Positions 28,436 to 37,422 of a stretch of 54,840 nt of DNA are shown here, piece after piece. Made by a program: the position numbers and the translations under genes. The notes under the pieces were generated by a model that did no database searches, had not been told where the DNA came from, and worked only from the letters and a program-made list of their open reading frames with translations. The DNA is from an uncultured Candidatus Saccharibacteria bacterium (GTDB taxonomy: Bacteria > Patescibacteriota > Andersenbacteria > UBA10190): positions 1 to 54,840 of the forward strand of contig CAYJQW010000008.1 in assembly GCA_964372635.1 (NCBI GenBank), written 5' to 3'. The stretch's first letter is position 1, and the number at the start of each line of letters is the position of its first letter.

Positions 28436-28561
28436 CTAGACAGCTAAGCGTGCTCGCTTCTTAGCTCGTCGACGAGATAAAACAACCTTTGACTTAGCTC
28501 GAAAACCAAATCGTCGTGCGCGACGTCTTTTGCTAGGCTGATATGTTCGTTTAGTTGCCAT
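28436..28561 (-). CDS. rpmH: 50S ribosomal protein L34 (41 aa; absent from the ORF track)
   Basis: Hand translation MATKRTYQPSKRRRARRFGFRAKSKVVLSRRRAKKRARLAV*; divergent from dnaA. Confidence 0.95.
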   Translation of the reverse strand: MATKRTYQPSKRRRARRFGFRAKSKVVLSRRRAKKRARLAV

Positions 28562-28726
28562 GTTTTAATATTCTACTTACTTTTATAAAGACGGTCAAAT
28601 TGTACACATTATTAAAATATTATCCCCACCTTATCCCCAAAATATTACTAATATACTGACTACACATCTGTGGATAACTCTGGTACGCTTGTCTGTGCTC
28701 ATTAAGCAGTAGAAAATAACATATTT
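28562..28726. promoter_or_regulatory. oriC part 1 / dnaA promoter region with DnaA boxes
   Basis: TTATCCCCA at 28620 and 28631; perfect TGTGGATAA at 28669-28677. Confidence 0.8.
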
Positions 28727-30124
28727 ATGAATCGTGAAAAATTGTGGCAGGCAGCCCTTGGTCAACTCGAACTCCGAGTCAGTCAAGGAAATTTTCTTAC
28801 GTGGTTTCGAGACACAAAAATTAAACAAAACGACAAGGGTACAGTGACAGTTGAAACACCGTCAGCATTTGCCCATGAGTGGCTTTCGCGTAAATACCAT
28901 AATTCAATCCTCGAAGTCTTACAGAGTCTGGATTTGAATGTAAGTGCTGTCCGTTTTGCAATTCGTTCTCATGTGAAAGAGTATAGGCCAATAATCAGGA
29001 AAAATACTCGTATCGTGGTACAAAAACAGCGCCCGGAAAGACTAATTGAAAAACAAACCACTAACACCGTTAAAATAAAACAAGTATTATTAAAACCTAC
29101 TTTAAAAACATTAAACCCTAAATATACATTTCAATCATTTGTTATTGGGCCAAACAATGAGGTTGCCCATGCTGCTTGTAAGGCCGTCTCTAGTAAACCA
29201 GGGGAGTCTTATAACCCACTCTTTATTTACGGTGGCGTCGGCTTAGGTAAAACTCATTTAATGCATGCCATCGGTAACGCCGTTTTACATGATCGCCCTA
29301 CTGCTCAAGTCTTATATGTTTCCTCAGAAAAATTTATTAACGAATTTGTCCAAGGTATTCGCGAGCGAGACACTCAGACATTTAAGGACCGCTACCGAAA
29401 CGTTGATATATTAATGATTGATGATGTCCAATTCATGGCTGGAAAAGGAAAAACTCAGGAGGAGCTTTTTCACACATTTAATGCTCTTTACAGTCAGAAT
29501 AAACAGATTATTTTAAGTAGCGATCGATCACCGCGTGCCATCCCAACTTTTGAAGAGCGTCTTCGCTCTAGGCTTACTGGTGGCATGTTGGTTGATATTC
29601 AACAACCAGATTACGAAACACGTTTGGCTATTATTCAGGAAAAGGCTGGGGCAACTCCTATTAAGCTTTCTCCCGAAGCGTTGGAATTTATTGCAAAAAA
29701 TATTCAAAAGAATGTACGAGAGTTAGAAGGAGCATTAAACCGCGTAATTGCTCATTGTGAGCTTCATAATAAAGAGGCTTCACTAGAGTACACCAAGAAG
29801 ATTCTTGAAGGTATTCTTGATCGACCACAACAACGCAGTGTTGACTCTAAAAAAATTATTGATACCGTGAGTGTTTATTATAATATTTCCCATGACGACT
29901 TACGCGGCAAAAGACGTAAGCAAGAGATTGTCCGACCGCGCCAAGTAGCTATGTATCTTCTTCGTAAGGAGAACAACGCTTCTTTTCCCTCAATTGGACA
30001 GCAATTTGGTGGACGAGATCACACCACAGCTATGCATGCTTGCGAGAAGATAACAAAACTTTTAGAACACGATGAGGAGTTAGCTCATGATATTAATTTT
30101 ATTAAAGAAAGATTGTACGCCTAG
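28727..30124 (+). CDS. dnaA: Chromosomal replication initiator DnaA
   Basis: YNPLFIYGGVGLGKTHL, IDDVQF, RLRSRL, NVRELEGAL, GGRDHTTAMHA. Confidence 0.98.
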   Translation: MNREKLWQAALGQLELRVSQGNFLTWFRDTKIKQNDKGTVTVETPSAFAHEWLSRKYHNSILEVLQSLDLNVSAVRFAIRSHVKEYRPIIRKNTRIVVQKQRPERLIEKQTTNTVKIKQVLLKPTLKTLNPKYTFQSFVIGPNNEVAHAACKAVSSKPGESYNPLFIYGGVGLGKTHLMHAIGNAVLHDRPTAQVLYVSSEKFINEFVQGIRERDTQTFKDRYRNVDILMIDDVQFMAGKGKTQEELFHTFNALYSQNKQIILSSDRSPRAIPTFEERLRSRLTGGMLVDIQQPDYETRLAIIQEKAGATPIKLSPEALEFIAKNIQKNVRELEGALNRVIAHCELHNKEASLEYTKKILEGILDRPQQRSVDSKKIIDTVSVYYNISHDDLRGKRRKQEIVRPRQVAMYLLRKENNASFPSIGQQFGGRDHTTAMHACEKITKLLEHDEELAHDINFIKERLYA

Positions 30125-30397
30125 TTGTGGATATAAGGTTAATATCCCTGTAAATTTCCTCTGTATTTTTAAGGATAAAGTTTATCTTTTTTCCGGATCA
30201 TTAATATATAAACTAAACCAATGTTACTAACTATGAAGAATAGGTAGAATTTATAACTCTTTAAGAGATTACTTGTCCACCCATTCTCCCCATAAACAAG
30301 TACTTTATAAAGCCTTAAATATGAGCTTCACACACTTTGTGCCGTACCTACTAATACTTACTACTAGACTATAGTGATTATAAAGAAATTTTATTAT
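30125..30397. promoter_or_regulatory. oriC part 2: degenerate DnaA boxes, DnaA-trio array and AT-rich DUE
   Basis: TGTGGATAT(30126), TTGTCCACC(30273), TTCTCCCCA(30284); GCCG then TACCTACTAATACTTACTACTAGACTA (~30345-30371) and an AT-rich run. Confidence 0.75.
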
Positions 30398-31504
30398 ATG
30401 CGTTTTATTTGTACACAAAGTAATCTTCTGCAAGGGCTTAGTAAGGTTGTGGCGGTGGCAGGTCGTAACAAACAACTCCCTATTCTTGAGCATGTTTTAT
30501 TAACATTGCGCGAAGGAGCTCTTTACGCAACGTGCACTGATCTTGAAATCGGTATCGAAACAATTATTCCTGGAAAAGCTGAGTCAGAAGGATCTTGTAC
30601 TGTCGTCGCTAGGAAAATAACTGAATATGTGCAGCAGTTACCAACAACAAACCCTTTAACTCTTGAGGTTAAAAATAATTCTCTATATTTAAAAACGGAG
30701 GGTTTTCAAGCTCAGTTTCCAATAGCTAGCGCTGAGGATTTTCCACTACTGCCGACACTTTCAAAAGGAAAATTATTTAATCTATCAGCAAGTAATTTTT
30801 GCAACGTGTTAAGCCGAGCTCTATTTGCCTCCGCTCGAGATGAAACAAGGCCAGAGATACATAGTGTCTATATACAAGGCAGTGGTGATTATATCATTGC
30901 CGCCGCAACTGATAGTTTTCGCTTAGCCGAAGAGCATCTTCATTTGGGAAACGGAGCAGCTGATTTTATGTTTTTATTACCATTAGCCACAGCCCAGGAA
31001 ATTGTTCGTCTGTTTAATAATACTGAAACAATATCATTAACACCTCATAATAGTCATATATCTGTGTCGGGTACTGGCACAACACTTATTTCCCGCCTTA
31101 TTGATGGCAAGTATCCTGATTACAAACAAATTATTCCCAAAACATTTGTAACTACAGGATTAGTTGATAAGGAAGTTTTTATTAGAGCCTTGAAAACATT
31201 GCTTGTTTTTTTGCCTCGCGATTCACGCCGGGTTCAATTAACGGTTAAACCAAAAAAAAGTATTATGGCGTTAAAAGTCGCCGGGAGTGCAACGGGCGAG
31301 GGTGATGTTGAGTTGGAATTTAACGGATCTGGGAAAGATTTAATAATACTTTTTAATATTCAATACTTACTTGATGGTCTACAACATATCCCTGGAAAGA
31401 ATGTACTACTTAAATTAGTTGGCACAGCCGAACCCGCAGTTTTTACCCCTGATACTGACTCGCTGCAATACACGTATGTGGTTATGCCAATACAGGCGAC
31501 TTAA
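30398..31504 (+). CDS. dnaN: DNA polymerase III beta clamp
   Basis: LPILEHVL, TDLEIGI, ATDSFRLA, SRLIDGKYPDYKQIIP, YVVMPI; start set at ATG 30398. Confidence 0.97.
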   Translation: MRFICTQSNLLQGLSKVVAVAGRNKQLPILEHVLLTLREGALYATCTDLEIGIETIIPGKAESEGSCTVVARKITEYVQQLPTTNPLTLEVKNNSLYLKTEGFQAQFPIASAEDFPLLPTLSKGKLFNLSASNFCNVLSRALFASARDETRPEIHSVYIQGSGDYIIAAATDSFRLAEEHLHLGNGAADFMFLLPLATAQEIVRLFNNTETISLTPHNSHISVSGTGTTLISRLIDGKYPDYKQIIPKTFVTTGLVDKEVFIRALKTLLVFLPRDSRRVQLTVKPKKSIMALKVAGSATGEGDVELEFNGSGKDLIILFNIQYLLDGLQHIPGKNVLLKLVGTAEPAVFTPDTDSLQYTYVVMPIQAT

Positions 31505-31595
31505 AGTTAAGGAATGTCAGCAATATTAAAGATAATAATTATTAAAAAAGTCATTGATATTGTTTTAAAAATTTAATTAATTACCACAGGGGGCT

Positions 31596-32750
31596 ATGTA
31601 TATCAGTAAAATCGCACTCAATTCCTTTCGCAACTTTACTATGGTTGATGAGATTGTCTTGCCTAAAGCAGCTCTAATGGTAGCCGCAGCACCTAATGCA
31701 ACCGGGAAAACAAATTTTTTAGAGGCGATCGTAATGCTTTTACGAGGTAAATCATGGCGTGGGCGACATGCCGATTGTGTTCAATGGGGTTCTGACAGCT
31801 TTATTATTCGCGGTGTTATCGAAAAAAATAATGGACCAACAACACTGGCAGTTCGCTATCATACGCCATCTAAAAAATTACGTGTTGAAGAAAACGGTGT
31901 CCCTGTATCACCGGTTACATTTTATAGCCGCTACCCTTTTATTTTATTTGAGGCTCAAGATAGTTTTCTTTTCACGCGAAGTCCGGCCCAGCGAAGAAAT
32001 TTTCTCAATCGAGTGCTAGTTAGCCAACCAGCATATGTATCAGCGTTGGTACAATACCAGCGTGTCTTAATACAGCGTAACGCCAGACTCAAACAAGCAA
32101 AAAATTATAATGAAATTGCTGCCTGGACGGACTTATTGGCTGAACACGGTACAATATTATGGCAATATCGTACCCAACTTGTTGATTACTTAAACAGTCA
32201 TATTTCAGAATTATATAGCACAATTACCGGTGAACCTCGAACATTTTCTGTGAAACTAAATCAGGGATTTCAAGGTTTAAAAGATCTTACAGCAACACTG
32301 GCAGCAGCCTTTGGGCGCGAACATATTCTGGGGTACACTTTATCCGGTCCTCATAGAGATGATCTTGAAGTTTTAAGTGAGAACAAGCCAATAGTTGCCG
32401 TGCTGTCGCAAGGGCAAATGCGAAGTACTGTCATTGCCTTAAAACTTGTGGTGCAGCGTTTCTTAAAAACAATTACTGGAGAGCAACCTCTAGTTCTTCT
32501 AGATGAAGCACTAAGTGAGCTTGACGAAAAAAGACAGGAAATTTTATTAGCTAATTTACCACAAGACACACAAGTATTATTAACCTGTACAAAAATACCT
32601 AACGTTTTACAGGAGCGTGAAAATGTGCACTATCTTGATTTACGATCTATTATTGCCTCGGCCAAATTGCCGCAAAGAAAATTGGAAGCCAAGAAAGATG
32701 TAGTTAGTGCTGTTGAATTTAAGGAACAGGTTGGAGTAGTTGCTTCATAA
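31596..32750 (+). CDS. recF: DNA replication/repair protein RecF
   Basis: FRNF, PNATGKTNFLEAI, RRNFL, QRNA.LK, GPHRDDL, SQGQ, LLDEALSELD. Confidence 0.95.
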   Translation: MYISKIALNSFRNFTMVDEIVLPKAALMVAAAPNATGKTNFLEAIVMLLRGKSWRGRHADCVQWGSDSFIIRGVIEKNNGPTTLAVRYHTPSKKLRVEENGVPVSPVTFYSRYPFILFEAQDSFLFTRSPAQRRNFLNRVLVSQPAYVSALVQYQRVLIQRNARLKQAKNYNEIAAWTDLLAEHGTILWQYRTQLVDYLNSHISELYSTITGEPRTFSVKLNQGFQGLKDLTATLAAAFGREHILGYTLSGPHRDDLEVLSENKPIVAVLSQGQMRSTVIALKLVVQRFLKTITGEQPLVLLDEALSELDEKRQEILLANLPQDTQVLLTCTKIPNVLQERENVHYLDLRSIIASAKLPQRKLEAKKDVVSAVEFKEQVGVVAS

Positions 32751-32786
32751 TATGATCTTAAGTAGTTAAGCCCCTGTTTTATTTTT

Positions 32787-33062
32787 ATGGTTTTTCACCC
32801 GCTCCATTCACTTTTTACCCAGAAAAGAAATTTAACCTGGCAGGAATCAGATCTAAGGCATTTTGTTGAGCAGTGGCTTCGCGACAAAGTCAGGTCTCAG
32901 GCCCTGTACTGTGAAAGACTGCAGAATGGTGAAGCTAAAATAAGAGTTAACTCTCCTTTATTACAACAAGAGGTGCTATTATCTGAATTTGCATTAAAAA
33001 CCTATATCGAGCAGGAGACTGGTTATAGGCTTAAACGCCTGCAGGTAATTATTTCTATTTAA
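32787..33062 (+). CDS. Probable DUF721/DciA-like protein
   Basis: Follows recF; KH-like pattern ERLQNGEAKIRVNSPLLQQEV. Confidence 0.55.
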   Translation: MVFHPLHSLFTQKRNLTWQESDLRHFVEQWLRDKVRSQALYCERLQNGEAKIRVNSPLLQQEVLLSEFALKTYIEQETGYRLKRLQVIISI

Positions 33063-33074
33063 GTTTTTAAGTAA

Positions 33075-35915
33075 CTACTCAACAATAATGATTTGTCGAT
33101 CAGTCTCCGTAAAATTTCCCGTTACATCGTATACGACTGCATAAACTTCATAAACACCCGGGCCAGCTGAATCCGGCCAAGGTATTTCGTAGCGATTTGG
33201 AATACTGGGGTGTAGTTGACTAGTGCGACCAATACGTTTTGTATTGGGCTGTCCTTCTTTTGTATACAAAACATCCACAAGTTCTATGCCGGAATCATCC
33301 TTGGCGGTCACTTTTACCGTGATTGGAAATTGCTCTTGTTTGTAGATGTCTCCGGATTTTGGGGTGTGTAATGTAACGCTCGGGGCATTAGCATCAGGGT
33401 TAATAATAAAAGTACGATGTGCCCGGCCGACAAAATTATCTTCTGTCACAGCCAGAATAAGCAGTGTTTTACGCCCGGAGAAATTTTCCGGAAAAGAAAA
33501 AGAAATACTACGGGATTCGTCTGGACCTCTTTTCGCAACTTCCTCACCATTCCATAAATAACGAATTTCTTTAATAGGCTTAGGTGAATCTATGGCAATT
33601 GTCACGTTAATCGGACTAGATTGTACGATCGTGGTAGCAGGCTCCACGATGGTGATATTCGGCAAATCTTCCGGATTTGATGCTGTACATTCAACGGTTG
33701 GCAATGATCTACCATAGCGTATCGCTTGTGGATCATCTTTTGTCTTTTCGTTGTGTCCTTCCAGCCAATTCTGGACAGCGCTCTCCCAACGATCAAACTG
33801 TGGGTCGCTTTCAGCATTGGCTGGCGGTAGACCGCGCGGGTCATTACGTTTGACATAAAATAGTATATTATGTATTTCCTTAAAAGTTTTGGGGATGCCA
33901 AGAGCAACAGGGCACTCCAGAGAATAGACGGTGTTAGTGTTTTTATCCCATTTACCTTTTAATTCAGGAATTTCATTACGTAATACACCATTAGTGATAT
34001 TTGTTATTGGATTTGGAGCAACAAACTTTTCAATTGGTTGTCCGGCCAAACCTCGGCGCATAAAAGCGTTCCAAAGCGGAGCTGCCGTTAACCCACTATC
34101 AGATTTCTGGTTCATTGGTGAATTATCGTTATTGCCCACCCATACTCCGGCAGCAAGCGATGGTGTATAGCCAATAGTCCAACCATCTCGAAATTCCTGA
34201 GTCGTACCGGTTTTAGCGGCGACCTCTCGCCCGGGAAGAACCAGTGGCGTATTTGTACCAAAGACTAGTGACCTCGCTCCATTATCCGATAAAATATTAG
34301 TTATGAGTCGGGAGATTTGAGAATCAATAACTTGTTCTCCATTAATTTCCTCCTTAGCTATATCAAATAACGTATTTTCTTTATCACTTACTCGGAGTAT
34401 GCCCCGATGTGGAAAGCGAACACCATCATTAGCAAATACGCCATATGCTGATACTTCGTCTAGCAGTCTAATTTCACCGCCGCCTAAAACGAGTGAAAGA
34501 CCATAACGATCAGGGTCATTTAAACTAGTCATACCCATTGCTTGAGCTAGATTTGTCGCTTCCCTTACACCAGCTAAGTAGAGTGTTTTTACGGCCGGAA
34601 TGTTTAATGAATTTGCTAGAGCCAACCTCATGGTGACTGGACCGTTCGTCTTTAAATTATAATTTTTAGGCTTATAGCCCTGGCCAAAGTCAGTCTCGGC
34701 ATCAATTAAAACAGTATCCGGGGTATATCCCTTTTGGAACGCAGCAGCATACACGAATGGTTTAATAGATGAACCAGGTGAACGATGACGAATTGTGACG
34801 TTTACATTGCCATCAATCTCTTCATTAAAATAGTCGAGCGAACCTGCCATGGCCAGAATGTCGCCGTTTTTCGGATCAAGGGCGACTAAAGCAGCATTAG
34901 AGGCTCCAAGTTTTTTCAAGCGATCAGTATTTTCTTTTAATACCTCCTCAGCGATAGACTGCAACTCCAAATCAAGACTAGTAATAATTGTTAACCCACC
35001 TTGCTCGACTACGCGTTCTCCATAAATTTCATCCAATATTTCACGAACATAAAAAACAAAATGAGGAGCTCGAAGTGATTCACGGTTTTTCTCAAACTGT
35101 AATTCCTCTACCTTGGCGGCGTCTGCCTGTTCCTGAGATATCATTTTGAGATCAGCCATGCGTTGTAAAATGAACTCTTGTCTTTTTTTTAATTCTTCAT
35201 AGCGGGATCCAAAAGGTGAGTAGTACGTTGGTGCTTTGGGTAGGGCTGCAAGAATGGCTGCTTCGCCCAAGCTAACATCGGCGGCCGACTTATTAAAAAA
35301 TGTTGTGGCTCCAGCTTCAACACCGTATGCTTGGCTACCATACGGTATATCATTTAGATACATTTCAAATATCTGATCTTTACTGAAACGTTGTTCGAGT
35401 TCAATGGCTAGGACAGCTTCTTTAACCTTACGGCGGATAGTACGCTCCGGAGTTAGAATTGAATTTTTAATAAGTTGTTGAGTGATAGTTGAACCGCCCT
35501 GTACTCTTTGGCCCGTTAAAGGCTTTAAGATTACGCCGCGGGAGATACCTTTAAAATCAAGACCGTGGTGCTGATAGAATTGATCATCTTCGGCTGCCAA
35601 TGTTGCTTGCCGAATGAATCTTGAAATCTGATCAAGCCCAACGACAGTGCGATGTACGTCACCAATCTGATAAAGAATATGCTGACCGGTCCGATCATAA
35701 ATTTTAGTCGACTCGGTAACACGTCGATCATTAATATTCTGCGGATTTGGTAAGTCTTTACTCCACCATAGAACCGTACCGGCACCAATCAAAAAAATAA
35801 CACCACTTGCTGTCAGTAACGTGGACCAGCCACGTCGCCGCCACAACTTGGATAATTTTTTTGTCCTAATTAAATAATCACGATGAAAACGTCTTTGGGC
35901 CATACTGTTATTCAA
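33075..35915 (-). CDS. Class A penicillin-binding protein (1A family) with C-terminal Ig-like domains
   Basis: EDDQFYQHHG, GGSTITQQL, RKVKE (transglycosylase); SSIK, SLN, KTGT (transpeptidase); beta-rich tail. Confidence 0.95.
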   Translation of the reverse strand: MNNSMAQRRFHRDYLIRTKKLSKLWRRRGWSTLLTASGVIFLIGAGTVLWWSKDLPNPQNINDRRVTESTKIYDRTGQHILYQIGDVHRTVVGLDQISRFIRQATLAAEDDQFYQHHGLDFKGISRGVILKPLTGQRVQGGSTITQQLIKNSILTPERTIRRKVKEAVLAIELEQRFSKDQIFEMYLNDIPYGSQAYGVEAGATTFFNKSAADVSLGEAAILAALPKAPTYYSPFGSRYEELKKRQEFILQRMADLKMISQEQADAAKVEELQFEKNRESLRAPHFVFYVREILDEIYGERVVEQGGLTIITSLDLELQSIAEEVLKENTDRLKKLGASNAALVALDPKNGDILAMAGSLDYFNEEIDGNVNVTIRHRSPGSSIKPFVYAAAFQKGYTPDTVLIDAETDFGQGYKPKNYNLKTNGPVTMRLALANSLNIPAVKTLYLAGVREATNLAQAMGMTSLNDPDRYGLSLVLGGGEIRLLDEVSAYGVFANDGVRFPHRGILRVSDKENTLFDIAKEEINGEQVIDSQISRLITNILSDNGARSLVFGTNTPLVLPGREVAAKTGTTQEFRDGWTIGYTPSLAAGVWVGNNDNSPMNQKSDSGLTAAPLWNAFMRRGLAGQPIEKFVAPNPITNITNGVLRNEIPELKGKWDKNTNTVYSLECPVALGIPKTFKEIHNILFYVKRNDPRGLPPANAESDPQFDRWESAVQNWLEGHNEKTKDDPQAIRYGRSLPTVECTASNPEDLPNITIVEPATTIVQSSPINVTIAIDSPKPIKEIRYLWNGEEVAKRGPDESRSISFSFPENFSGRKTLLILAVTEDNFVGRAHRTFIINPDANAPSVTLHTPKSGDIYKQEQFPITVKVTAKDDSGIELVDVLYTKEGQPNTKRIGRTSQLHPSIPNRYEIPWPDSAGPGVYEVYAVVYDVTGNFTETDRQIIIVE

Positions 35916-35988
35916 TAATCAGTAAACTTGAACTATGAATCAAGCATACTCCAACCTTATCGTCAAGGAACTTTATATATTAATACCC

Positions 35989-37305
35989 TCAAGTTTTACC
36001 CTTATTTTTGACTTTTGTCGGATCGACTAAAAAGCCTTTCAGGTCGCGCCGACCGATTATAATGTCGTAGCTCATATGTGATCGATCAGCAATAAAAACA
36101 TTGGTTTTAATAAGACGACCTCGGAGTAAAAACGAAACTTCTACGATTGGTCTAGTTTCTTCACCAAGGGCCGCCCAAACACTTTTGTGGGCGATAACGG
36201 GAGTATGTAAATTGAGTTTTTTTGCCAGACTTGTATCAATAGCAGTTCGATAAGCACCTGTATCAACTTTAGCTAGGAGTTGATGTGATAGTCCCTGACT
36301 ATCAATAAGTGTAATTGGTTCTTCAATACCTAAAACAATTCGGCCTGAAATATCTTCGATTTCTTGTTCGACTTCAGCTCCAAATAAACTTTTTGCCAAC
36401 TGCACACCCTTTTCTGGTCCATTAACTTTTAATCCCTCAACTCGGCGTAGTCGTCCTTTTAATGGTGTCATGTTTGCAAACTGAATATCTAAACCGGGGC
36501 GGGCATTAATTTCTAGGACGAGTGGACCATCATCACGATCCAGGGCAATATCAATTCCGGCATACATAATTCCGGCAGCACGGGCCGTTCGACAGGCTAA
36601 AAGAAGAATTTCATTCCAATAAGGAATACGAATACCTGACAAAGCTAAACGCATATTGGGTAGTGTCTCGATGAGATTACCGTGATGAATGGCAGTCGTT
36701 GTTAAGCCATGAGCAACATCAATACCAACCGCCACGCCGCCAGCATGTATGTTAGCCCGTCCTTGTGATTCCTCAGTTGGTAAACGTAGCATCGTCATTA
36801 CTGGGACTTGATTGAACACCAGAACACGTATATCCGGGACCCCCTTAATACTGTATGGTTTTAGACTACTGTCGATTTTTATTCTTTGCTCAAAGAAGGC
36901 TGAGTCGGCCACGCCACTTTTCGTAAAACTGCCATCAAGAATATCAAGTATATGGTTGTTTAATTCCTGGATAAAAATCTCAGATTTATCAGCTTTAACC
37001 CAATTACCTTTTTTATTACGGCCAAAAATAACGATTATACCCCCACCGCCAGAGGATTGATTAGGTTTTAAAACGAATGTTGAAGGTAATTTTGTCCAAC
37101 GAAAATTGCGGAGTTGTTGCCTGGAAGTAATTTGTGCGAATAGACGCGGTGTTGGAATGCCCGCCTTTTGTAGCGTTCTCTTAGTTGCCAATTTATTATT
37201 TGCTAGCCGACTAGCCTCAGGTTTATTAACTCGACTAACATAATCAAGAGTACGAGAATTTAAACCTAATACATCTCGAAATTGTTGGTTGGGGAAAAAC
37301 ACCAT
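35989..37305 (-). CDS. Alpha-L-glutamate-ligase-like ATP-grasp protein fused to a C-terminal retropepsin-like protease domain
   Basis: LGLNSR, KLATK, FVLKP..SSGGGGI, DIRV, MLRLPT..S.GRANIHAGG, LEINARPGL.IQ.AN; then AKVDTGAYRTAID ... IIIGRRDL. Confidence 0.88.
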   Translation of the reverse strand: MVFFPNQQFRDVLGLNSRTLDYVSRVNKPEASRLANNKLATKRTLQKAGIPTPRLFAQITSRQQLRNFRWTKLPSTFVLKPNQSSGGGGIIVIFGRNKKGNWVKADKSEIFIQELNNHILDILDGSFTKSGVADSAFFEQRIKIDSSLKPYSIKGVPDIRVLVFNQVPVMTMLRLPTEESQGRANIHAGGVAVGIDVAHGLTTTAIHHGNLIETLPNMRLALSGIRIPYWNEILLLACRTARAAGIMYAGIDIALDRDDGPLVLEINARPGLDIQFANMTPLKGRLRRVEGLKVNGPEKGVQLAKSLFGAEVEQEIEDISGRIVLGIEEPITLIDSQGLSHQLLAKVDTGAYRTAIDTSLAKKLNLHTPVIAHKSVWAALGEETRPIVEVSFLLRGRLIKTNVFIADRSHMSYDIIIGRRDLKGFLVDPTKVKNKGKT

Positions 37306-37422
37306 AACTATCAGTTTTAACTTTAATTACTGATTTGTGTCACTTGAAGATTGGAACAGAAAGACGTCTGTAAAAAAACGTACCGAAAGTGGTCTGATGC
37401 CGGGTAACATTAGGATCCAAAA

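Noticed and set aside
31680..31715. Inactive RecF because the P-loop reads APNATGKT
   Set aside because: It still fits [AG]xxxxGK[ST], and the signature and Walker B motifs are intact.
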